From Bacteroidota bacterium (lineage in GTDB: Bacteria > Bacteroidota > Bacteroidia > B-17B0 > Aurantibacillaceae), in assembly GCA_052035725.1 (NCBI GenBank), contig JBPOHJ010000019.1, positions 38,163 through 78,162 on the forward strand: 40,000 bases of DNA. Direction: 5' to 3'. Positions 26,346 to 34,400 of the stretch are shown one piece after another; the stretch's first letter is position 1, and each line of letters starts with the position of its first letter. Position numbers and translations under genes: made by a program. The notes below the pieces were generated by a model. That model ran no database searches. It had not been told where the DNA came from and saw only the letters and a list, made by a program, of their open reading frames with translations.

Positions 26346-26373
26346 GTTTAACTTTTAGTGACGTTAGGCACAG

Positions 26374-26874
26374 TTAATTAAATATTTTATTAAAAATATC
26401 CTTAAGTTCTTGCATGTCCTTCTCGGACTTTTTGGAAAACCGACCAATACCAATAGTATTATTTGTCATTGTATTCACTTGGTCGCCCTTTATTAAATCA
26501 TAATTAACCAAGTTTTTCTTATCGATAGTAAATATCTTGAAGAAAAAATAGTCATCACCTTTTTCAATAGAGGTCATTTTAAAGTCAATGTCTCGAAACG
26601 CAACAGATCTAATTTCTTTGTCATTAGAAGGGTCTGAATATCCATTTTCCACAATTTTTATTCGTTCAATAATTAAAGAGTCTTTAGTTGTATTTGTCTT
26701 AACGAAATAATTTGTTCTATTAAATTTCAACTTTGCCCCTTGAAAAGGCGGAAAATCTGAAGACTCTATTTTTGTCTTGAAAGCATAAAACACACTGTCA
26801 TTGAGTTGTTGTCCAAATGAGATGGCAAAAAACATCAAAATTATAGTCGTAAAAAAGAGTTTTCTATCTGTCAT
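26374..26874 (-). CDS. hypothetical secreted protein
   Basis: 166-aa ORF. N-terminal hydrophobic signal (LFFTTIILMFFAISFGQ). No motif recognised. Confidence 0.55.
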   Translation of the reverse strand: MTDRKLFFTTIILMFFAISFGQQLNDSVFYAFKTKIESSDFPPFQGAKLKFNRTNYFVKTNTTKDSLIIERIKIVENGYSDPSNDKEIRSVAFRDIDFKMTSIEKGDDYFFFKIFTIDKKNLVNYDLIKGDQVNTMTNNTIGIGRFSKKSEKDMQELKDIFNKIFN

Positions 26875-27013
26875 GGTATATTTATTAATAGTGCCTAATT
26901 AGGTTATAGAGCTGATTTAATCACGCCAATCTTATTTTTGCATGGTTTATGGTGATTTTTACTCACTTTTAAATAAACTCAAAACACCTCAGAAATTCTT
27001 CCAAATCCTCAAA

Positions 27014-27442
27014 TCACGATTTACTATTATCTGCAAACCAATTAATGGCCATCTCATAACCCTTCAAACCAAAACCCGAAATGCTTCCCTGGCAATGCCT
27101 GCCCAAATACGATACGTGCCTAAAATCTTCCCTGGCAAATATGTTGCTGATGTGTACCTCTATGGTTGGGATTTGAATGGCCGCCACCGCGTCGGCAATG
27201 GCAATACTGGTATGGGTATACGCTCCGGCGTTTAAAACAATACCATCCATGGTTTTTCCGGCTTCCTGAATTTTGTTAATGAGCTCACCCTCAACATTGC
27301 TCTGGTAATACTGCAAGTTGTGCTGAGGGAATTGGTTTTGTAGCTTTTCAAAATAGCTGGCAAAGCTCAGTTTTCCATAAATGTCCGTTTCGCGTGTGCC
27401 CAGCAAATTTAAATTGGGCCCGTTGATAACAATTAACTTCAT
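27014..27442 (-). CDS. aroQ: type II 3-dehydroquinate dehydratase
   Basis: MKLIVINGPNLNLLGTRETDIYG and the VHISNIFARE motif. 142 aa. Confidence 0.92.
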   Translation of the reverse strand: MKLIVINGPNLNLLGTRETDIYGKLSFASYFEKLQNQFPQHNLQYYQSNVEGELINKIQEAGKTMDGIVLNAGAYTHTSIAIADAVAAIQIPTIEVHISNIFAREDFRHVSYLGRHCQGSISGFGLKGYEMAINWFADNSKS

Positions 27443-27481
27443 GCCATGAATTTACACTATTTACACGATACATTTGAACCC

Positions 27482-28390
27482 ATGTCGAATTGGAAGGTGT
27501 TCGAAAACCGGTTTAAACAGTATTTGCTGCTCGAGCGATCACTCTCTGAAAACAGTCGCGAAGCTTACCTTAACGATATTGCCAAACTCAGAACCTATAG
27601 TGAGTTGTTTCTGAACAATAAAAGCGCCGACACCATTCACAACAAAGACCTTCAGGCATTCAGCGCCTGGATTGCCGAAATGGGCTTCACGCCCTCTACT
27701 CAGGCCAGGGTACTTTCGGGGGTAAAGGCTTTCTACAAGTACCTCTTACTCGAAGATGTGGTAAAAGCCAATCCCGCCGAACTGCTGGAAAGTCCTAAAC
27801 TGAGCCGCAAACTCCCGGTTTTTTTAAGTATACACGAAATCGAACATTTGCTGGGACTAATCGACCGCAGCACCCCCGAAGGGGAACGCAATTTAAGTAT
27901 GCTCGAAACACTTTACAGTTGCGGACTTCGGGTAAGTGAATTGGTGAATCTTAAACTCAGTGATCTGCACCTCGAAGAAGATTATATCAAAGTGTTGGGT
28001 AAAGGTAATAAGGAGCGCCTGGTGCCTATGGGCAAGATTGCCAAACGTTTACTCACTAACTACATTCACAAGGTGCGCTCTCATATGACAGTGAATAAGG
28101 AAGCAGAAGATATTGTATACCTCAATAAAAGAGGCGGGCAACTTAGCAGAGTGATGGTATTTTACATCATCAAAGACCTTGCTAAAAAGGCCGGCGTAAA
28201 AAAAAGGCTGAGTCCGCATACATTTCGCCACTCCTTTGCCACCCATTTGGTAGAAGGCGGGGCCGATTTGCGCGCAGTACAGGAAATGCTGGGTCACGAA
28301 AGCATTACCACCACCGAAATATACACCCACCTCGATCGCCAATACCTGCGCGACAATATTTTAAGTTACCACCCCCGAAACAAAAAATAA
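27482..28390 (+). CDS. xerD: site-specific tyrosine recombinase XerD
   Basis: Catalytic residues are in context: GLRVSEL (R), HTFRHSFATH (H-x-x-R), LGHESITTTEIYTH (H, Y). The N-terminal core-binding motif is YLLLERSLSENSREAY. The ATG at 27482 is preferred over 27446, which lies 3 nt from the aroQ start. Confidence 0.85.
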   Translation: MSNWKVFENRFKQYLLLERSLSENSREAYLNDIAKLRTYSELFLNNKSADTIHNKDLQAFSAWIAEMGFTPSTQARVLSGVKAFYKYLLLEDVVKANPAELLESPKLSRKLPVFLSIHEIEHLLGLIDRSTPEGERNLSMLETLYSCGLRVSELVNLKLSDLHLEEDYIKVLGKGNKERLVPMGKIAKRLLTNYIHKVRSHMTVNKEAEDIVYLNKRGGQLSRVMVFYIIKDLAKKAGVKKRLSPHTFRHSFATHLVEGGADLRAVQEMLGHESITTTEIYTHLDRQYLRDNILSYHPRNKK

Positions 28391-28409
28391 GTACATTTGT
28401 TTCAGGCCT

Positions 28410-29651
28410 ATGAAATCCTTTCAAATTCCTGAATTTTACCGCAGCCCACTTATTGCTAAAATTAAACAACTCCGGCGTTTGCAAGATCCCCGTAAAAAGG
28501 ATGTGAGTCCCGGTATTTTGGATTTTGGCCCTGTGCAGTTTCTGCTGGCCCGGCATTTTGGCTTTTGTTATGGGGTAGAGAACGCTGTTGAAATCGCTTT
28601 TAAAGCGGTGGAAGAAAACCCGGGCAAACGTATTTTTTTACTCAGCGAAATGATTCACAATCCCGAAGTGAACAAAGATTTGCGGGAACGAGGAGTAGAT
28701 TTTTTGCACGATACCCTGGGTAAGGAGTTAATTTCACTGGATACACTTAAGCCGGATGATGTGGTAATGATTCCAGCCTTCGGCGCTCCCCTGGGTTTGA
28801 TTGAAACCCTTGAGAAAAAAGGCATCCCCACCGAAAAGTACAATACCACCTGCCCCTTTGTGGAACGGGTTTGGAAAAAGTCGGAGCAAATTGGCAAACA
28901 AGATTACACCATACTTATACATGGTAAAGTCAATCACGAAGAAACCCGATCTACCTTTTCTCGTTCAGAGCGTGATAGTAAAGCTGTGCTGGTGCTTCGT
29001 GATATGGAAGAAGCCATAAAACTAGGGAAATACATTAGCGGAGACTACACCCAGGAGCAATTCGAACTTGAATTTGAAGGCAAATTCACCAAAGGCTTTT
29101 CCATTCATGAGCATTTAAAGAGAGTAGGGGTGATTAACCAAACCACCATGCTGGCAACCGAAACACAGGCCATTGCTGATTATTTCAGACAGCTGATGAA
29201 AGCGAAATACCCTGGCGATGACAGCCAGGCCCATTTTGCCGATACCCGCGACACTTTGTGTTACGCCACCAACGAAAATCAGGATGCGACCTATGGTTTA
29301 TTGGAAGCTGAGGCTCATCTGGCTTTGGTGGTTGGGGGATACAACAGCAGCAACACCTCCCATTTGGTAGAATTGCTAGAAGCCAAATTCCCAACGTATT
29401 TTATTTCTTCGCATAAGGAATTGCTAAGTAAAGACACCATTCGCCACTTTATTTATGCTAAAAAACAACTGAAAGAAACCCGGCAGTTTTTACCTGAAGC
29501 CCAACCCCTAAAAATTATCCTTACCTCGGGGGCTTCCTGCCCTGATTCTGAACTTGAACAAGTGATCAACAAAGTGATATCCTTTTTTCCAACGTCCAAA
29601 ACTACTGAAGAGGTTATTGGTGAATTAAAATTAGCAGCGAATGAAAATTAA
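28410..29651 (+). CDS. ispH: 4-hydroxy-3-methylbut-2-enyl diphosphate reductase, long form
   Basis: FGFCYGVENA, TTCPFVERVW, HGKVNHEETR, INQTTM, TLCYATNENQDA and VVGGYNSSNTSHL. The three cluster Cys contexts are present. Confidence 0.9.
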   Translation: MKSFQIPEFYRSPLIAKIKQLRRLQDPRKKDVSPGILDFGPVQFLLARHFGFCYGVENAVEIAFKAVEENPGKRIFLLSEMIHNPEVNKDLRERGVDFLHDTLGKELISLDTLKPDDVVMIPAFGAPLGLIETLEKKGIPTEKYNTTCPFVERVWKKSEQIGKQDYTILIHGKVNHEETRSTFSRSERDSKAVLVLRDMEEAIKLGKYISGDYTQEQFELEFEGKFTKGFSIHEHLKRVGVINQTTMLATETQAIADYFRQLMKAKYPGDDSQAHFADTRDTLCYATNENQDATYGLLEAEAHLALVVGGYNSSNTSHLVELLEAKFPTYFISSHKELLSKDTIRHFIYAKKQLKETRQFLPEAQPLKIILTSGASCPDSELEQVINKVISFFPTSKTTEEVIGELKLAANEN

Positions 29652-30444
29652 CCTCAACAAACCTCTGGTGTTTCTCGATCTCGAAACAACGGGCTTAAGT
29701 GTGGGCAGCGACCGTATAGTAGAGATTTCCTTATTAAAGGTAGCCACCGATAATTCAACCGAAACACTCACTAAACAGGTTAACCCCGAAATGCCTATTC
29801 CTGCTGCTGTTTCAGCTATTCATGGCATTTTTGATAAGGATGTAGCCACCGAACCAAATTTTAAAGAACTTGCTCCGCAATTGGTGAAATTTATTGGCAA
29901 TGCCGATTTTGCCGGGTTTAATTCGAATAAATTCGACATTCCCATCTTGTTGGAAGAGTTTTTAAGGGCAGAAATTGAATTTGACATAGATGGCCGAAAA
30001 CTCATAGATGTACAAAACATTTTTCATTTGATGGAACCGCGTAACCTGAGAGCGGCGTATAAATTTTATTGTTCTAAAACCCTTGAGAATGCGCACAGCG
30101 CCGAAGCTGATGTGAAAGCCACCTATGAAATATTTCTGGCGCAGCTTGAGCGTTACGAAGGACTCAAAGTAACAGATGAAAAGGGAAATGTAACCGAACC
30201 GGTGGTGAACAATATTCAAAAACTATCTGAACTCAGTGCCAAATCACGCAATGTTGACCTGGCCGGCCGTATTGTTTTTAATGAGGCAGGTATTCCGGTG
30301 TTTTCCTTTGGTAAACACAAAGACAAAGCGGTAGTAGAGGTGTTTACCAAAGAACCTTCTTATTACAACTGGATGATGCAAGGGGATTTTCCATTGTATA
30401 CCAAACGTGTCATCACCAAACTCAGGCTGGGCATGAAGCAGTAA
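29641..30444 (+). CDS. DEDDh 3'-5' exonuclease (DnaQ / DNA polymerase III epsilon-like)
   Basis: Exo I is FLDLETTG. Exo II is GFNSNKFDIPIL. Exo III is HSAEADVKAT. The start overlaps the ispH end by 11 nt. Confidence 0.8.
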   Translation: MKINLNKPLVFLDLETTGLSVGSDRIVEISLLKVATDNSTETLTKQVNPEMPIPAAVSAIHGIFDKDVATEPNFKELAPQLVKFIGNADFAGFNSNKFDIPILLEEFLRAEIEFDIDGRKLIDVQNIFHLMEPRNLRAAYKFYCSKTLENAHSAEADVKATYEIFLAQLERYEGLKVTDEKGNVTEPVVNNIQKLSELSAKSRNVDLAGRIVFNEAGIPVFSFGKHKDKAVVEVFTKEPSYYNWMMQGDFPLYTKRVITKLRLGMKQ

Positions 30445-30521
30445 TTGGGATGGGATGGCTTGGTTCAAAAGCGCTGATCTAAACGACTTCTAAACAGTGT
30501 TAATTTGAATGGAAAGAAGCA

Positions 30522-31340
30522 TTATTTCTTTTTTCCTTTTAGAATGGCCTCCGTGGCTTTTCTTACGCTTTTGTATTTAAGCAAGGTTTTTTTTGCCAGG
30601 GCTTTATCTTTTAATCCTGTATTGCGCATGAGCATGGCTGTACCGCGTTCAATCAATTTGTTATTGCTCAATTGCATGTCAACCATTTTATTGCCCTTTA
30701 CCCTTCCAAGTTTTACCATCACCGAAGTAGAGAGCATGTTCAGCACCAGTTTTTGAGCTGTACCACTTTTCATGCGTGTTGAACCGGTCACAAATTCAGG
30801 CCCCACAACCACTTCAATGGGATAGTCGGCCACTTTGGCCAATTCAGAATGGGTATTGCAGGTGATACATCCTGTAATGATGTGGTGAGTTTTGCATTCC
30901 TTTAAGGCGCCAATCACATAGGGGGTTGAGCCCGATGCAGCAATACCAATTACCACATCCTTTGAATTGATCTGGTATTTTTGAAGATCCTTCCAGCCTT
31001 GTTTAAGATCGTCTTCAGCAAATTCTACTGCTTTTCTTATGGCAGCATCCCCGCCAGCAATCAGGCCAATTACTAAGCCTTGCTTCACGCCAAAGGTTGG
31101 AGGGCATTCGCTGGCATCAACTATACCTAATCGACCACTGGTACCTGCACCAATATAAAACAATCGCCCACCTGTTTTCATTTTTTTAAAAACAGCGTTT
31201 ACCACTTGTTCAATTTGGGGCAATGCTCTTTTAATGGCTTTTGGCACTTCCCGATCCTCCTTGTTCATACCCTTGAGTAATTCTAGGGTACGCATTTTTT
31301 CAAGGTGGTTGTATTTGGAATCGGATTCAGTGGTTTTCAT
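30522..31340 (-). CDS. murQ: N-acetylmuramic acid 6-phosphate etherase
   Basis: SIS-domain sequence GAGTSGRLGIVDASECPPTFG and GIAASGSTPYV. 272 aa. Confidence 0.9.
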   Translation of the reverse strand: MKTTESDSKYNHLEKMRTLELLKGMNKEDREVPKAIKRALPQIEQVVNAVFKKMKTGGRLFYIGAGTSGRLGIVDASECPPTFGVKQGLVIGLIAGGDAAIRKAVEFAEDDLKQGWKDLQKYQINSKDVVIGIAASGSTPYVIGALKECKTHHIITGCITCNTHSELAKVADYPIEVVVGPEFVTGSTRMKSGTAQKLVLNMLSTSVMVKLGRVKGNKMVDMQLSNNKLIERGTAMLMRNTGLKDKALAKKTLLKYKSVRKATEAILKGKKK

Positions 31341-31373
31341 TTGTTTGTGGCTAGAGGAAATAAAGTTAAGCCC

Positions 31374-31408
31374 AAAAAAAAAGCTGCCCGAATTGGAGCA
31401 GCTTTTTT
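31374..31408 (-). terminator. rho-independent terminator after the large T9SS cargo gene
   Basis: AAGCTGC ccgaattgga GCAGCTT, flanked by an A-run (31374-31382) and a T-run (31403-31408). It lies 16 nt after the stop at 31424-31426. Confidence 0.75.
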
Positions 31409-31423
31409 ATCAAGAGTCTGGTG

Positions 31424-34400
31424 TTATTTGGTAACTATGAGTTTTGCAGCACGTTTAACGTTGCTATCTCCGCTCACGCTAACTATGTAAATACCGGCAT
31501 TAAGATCGCTTGTGTCAAGTGTTTGAGTCATCATTCCGGCACCGGCTTTCTGAGCAGGAAGTGATTTTACCATACGTCCGTTTAGGTCGTATACCTGAAT
31601 AGATGCTTCTTCGTTGCTTTCGGTTGCAAATTCAATGGTAACCACCCCGTTGCTTGGGTTAGGGTACATGGTGATGTTGTTCTCGGTTACTTTATCAGCT
31701 ATTTCATCTACCGACACATAATAACTGTTCAAATACGTGCTGTTTGTCCAGATACCACGACCATTGGTAGCCACATAAATTTGACCCGAATTGTAGCAGC
31801 TTGAATTGTTGAGCGTTTGTTGTTCGATGTCGAAGATTTGTACGTTTGGCAGTATCCCGTTATTGGCTTTTACCCAGGCCGGTGAAGCAGAGGTAATATC
31901 AGGTGTATAATAGATACCATTATCGGTTCCTACAAAAAGTTTTTTGTTGTCGTTAGCTTCCATTAACGCGCAATAGGTAACCACGTTGCTTAAACCTGTA
32001 CCATCCCTTTTTGACCAGCCGATGTTGGTTGAATTGGAAGTTTTGATGCTATTGGTGTTGTACATTACAATACCTGCTGTTCCGGTTGGTACTGGATCAT
32101 TGAAGGTAAGCGCCATAAAGGCATCGTCGTTGCTAATGCTGATGCTGGTGATCGGTTTAGTGAACGATCCAATCAATGTGGTACGGTATGGTGAAACCGG
32201 ATTAATGGTTGCAGCGTTTGGTGTAGAAGGTGAACCTCCGTTGTAAGCAAAAATATCTGTGAAGAATTTGCCTGAATAGCTCGACGGAGAGAGATCCATG
32301 ATATCGGTAATGTGCGAAACGCGGTACAGTTTGTTGTCGTCAGTGGCATAATACAATTCTGTTCCTTTTTTGCTCCACTCAATCAGCGTAGGTTTACCGG
32401 TAATGGTAATGGTGTTGTTGGTTGGCGCACCATTGGCATCATCGCTTAAACAACCACTTTGGCTTACACGTACAAAGTTCAAAGGATCGTTGAGGTTAAG
32501 TGGTGCTTTACTTACCACAATAGAGTTGGCTCCTCCTGTGATTTGGTTGTAGTTTAAGGCCAAAGCTAAACGTGCTGAACGCACCATTGGGATTTTTACG
32601 GTTGGGTTGGATACTGGAAAGGTAGGTTGACCGGTTCCACCAACGGTACTGAAGGTTCTGACTGGACTTAAAGTAGTAGAAGCCAAGGTATTTAAACCGG
32701 TAACCGTGTTTGAACTTATGCCCTCTAGTGTAAATACGGTGCTGGCATTTAAGCTAACTGTAAAAACATTAGAAGCCTGGTTCACATTGCCCGGGTTGAG
32801 CACAAACGTGGATGCGCCTATCGTACTGTAGGTATCGGCTGTAGCTGTTCCATTATTGGCTGTAATAGTGTAAATGGTAGTAGCAGTAGGTGTCACCACA
32901 AACACAGCGTTGGTTTGTGTGATAGCACCCGGGAACAAGGTATACGAAGTTGGACTCACCAATGTGCTGGTAGCAGTGATGGTGTGTTGAACCGGGGTGG
33001 CTGCAAGGGTATAATCACCGGTGGTGGTAATGGTGTAAGGAATGGCAAGCCAGTTGCTCACAACAATGGGTGAGGTAGTTGAGGTGGTATTGCCCGGGTT
33101 CACAACAAATGTTGGGTTAAGTACCGGCGTGGCCGTATTCGCCACAAGCGAATAAGAAGGAGCAGGACCATACCTCCAGCTCAATGAGTTGGTTAATACG
33201 GTGGTATACGAAGTTGTTTTGGTGGAAATGTTATTGTCAACTACCTGAACGGTGTCACCAACCTTGTATTTGTAGAATACTGTTGCAAATACCCTGTAAT
33301 AGGAAGCAGGATCGGGTACGTTAGCAAACGTTTGGGTTTTATTGGCAAAAGGAGGGGCAGTGAACGTGACGCTGATGTTATCGGAAAGTGATTGTGCGTT
33401 AAGCGTTACCCCGTGTAAAGCATTGCTGCTTGGGTTTGGACCATAGGGATTTTTTACAGTAGTGGCCGGTGTAACATTAACTAAGGTAAACGATGGAGCG
33501 GTGGTAGTGCTGGTAACGGCGTAATTGGAATTAAAAGTGATCATCAGGTCTTTTCTGTCAGAACCAGTAAAAGGTACATTCAATACCGGAGCGCCGGGTA
33601 CAGTAACTGTGGCGGTGCGAATAACTATACTGTCGATCAAGGCAAATTTATTTGGTCGCGCAGCCTGAAAGCTGAATGAAGTTTGGGTTGTAAGAGTGGC
33701 CAAACCAATCATTGAGGCCTGAAAACGGCTTGAGTCGTTATAAAAAACAGCGTTGTCAGGAGAAGGATTAACTTGTCCATAATTTTCCCAAAGTTTAAAT
33801 GGTGTTCCACTGGTATTATATCCTGTGTTGGCAAAATCAGCGGCGGTTGGCGCCACTCTTGAAAGTGCACCACTGTAGTAGTTCACATTCACTAAAGCAG
33901 GATTGGCATTTTTAGCATTGGTGGTACGGTAAAGTCCACCGGTACCAACAGTGGTTAATGCAGCATCGGAAAGAATTTTGGAATATTCAGTGTTATACAC
34001 TTCACCACTCAAATAAGAGATCTCACTCGAAACATTGTCAGCTGTACCGCTGTAGTACGTTAAACCATTCGCGCCGGTACCGCCAATAAAGCCTGAGTAA
34101 GGCACCACTGCAGTGCCCGGAACGGCATTACTGCCAGTATTAGCGCCCAATGGAAAACTTTCAATACTCACCGAATTGAACTGCCCGGTTACCAAACCTT
34201 TGTAAAACGGTTGGAAAGACGGAGGTAAATTTTGGTTGATTGAAACCATATCACTGGAACGATAGATACCCGCATCGGTGATGAAATAAAATTTGGCTGA
34301 ACTTCCGCTACCGGAGATTTTAATGTCGTGAATGTTTTCGTGAAGATAAAACGGCGAGCCAAAAGCAAAAGGACTGCTAATATTTTTGGTCCAAATACCT

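Noticed and set aside
25207-26362. GTCACTAAAACTTAAC (25207-25222) and the reverse complement of 26346-26362 (GTCACTAAAAGTTAAAC) form an inverted pair flanking the T9SS cargo gene, suggesting an invertible 1.1-kb segment.
   Set aside because: The match is 15 of 17 with an indel. My estimate gives about one such match by chance even within the island spacers alone. The right copy is better explained as an instance of the post-stop motif.
20393-26369. GTTAGGC (20393-20399, 26363-26369) and GTTAGGT (23889-23895) match the integron core site GTTRRRY, with RYYYAAC on the coding strand just after stop codons.
   Set aside because: I could not find complete attC architecture in any spacer, meaning paired R''/L'' and L'/R' arms forming an imperfect palindrome. 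Degenerate 7-mers like this are expected by chance, and another GTTAGGC occurs outside the island at 8335. The observation is kept only as part of the post-stop motif finding.
27482-28390. The tyrosine recombinase next to the cassette-like block might be an integron integrase.
   Set aside because: It has the size (about 300 aa) and the motifs of canonical XerD. I see no extra insertion of the kind that characterises IntI proteins. It is also separated from the block by aroQ and transcribed divergently.
32680-33120. Repetitive sequence in the large T9SS gene could be a DNA tandem repeat or CRISPR-like array.
   Set aside because: The repetition is only at the degenerate protein-motif level (modules of about 50 aa). 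No nucleotide-level direct repeats or spacers are visible.
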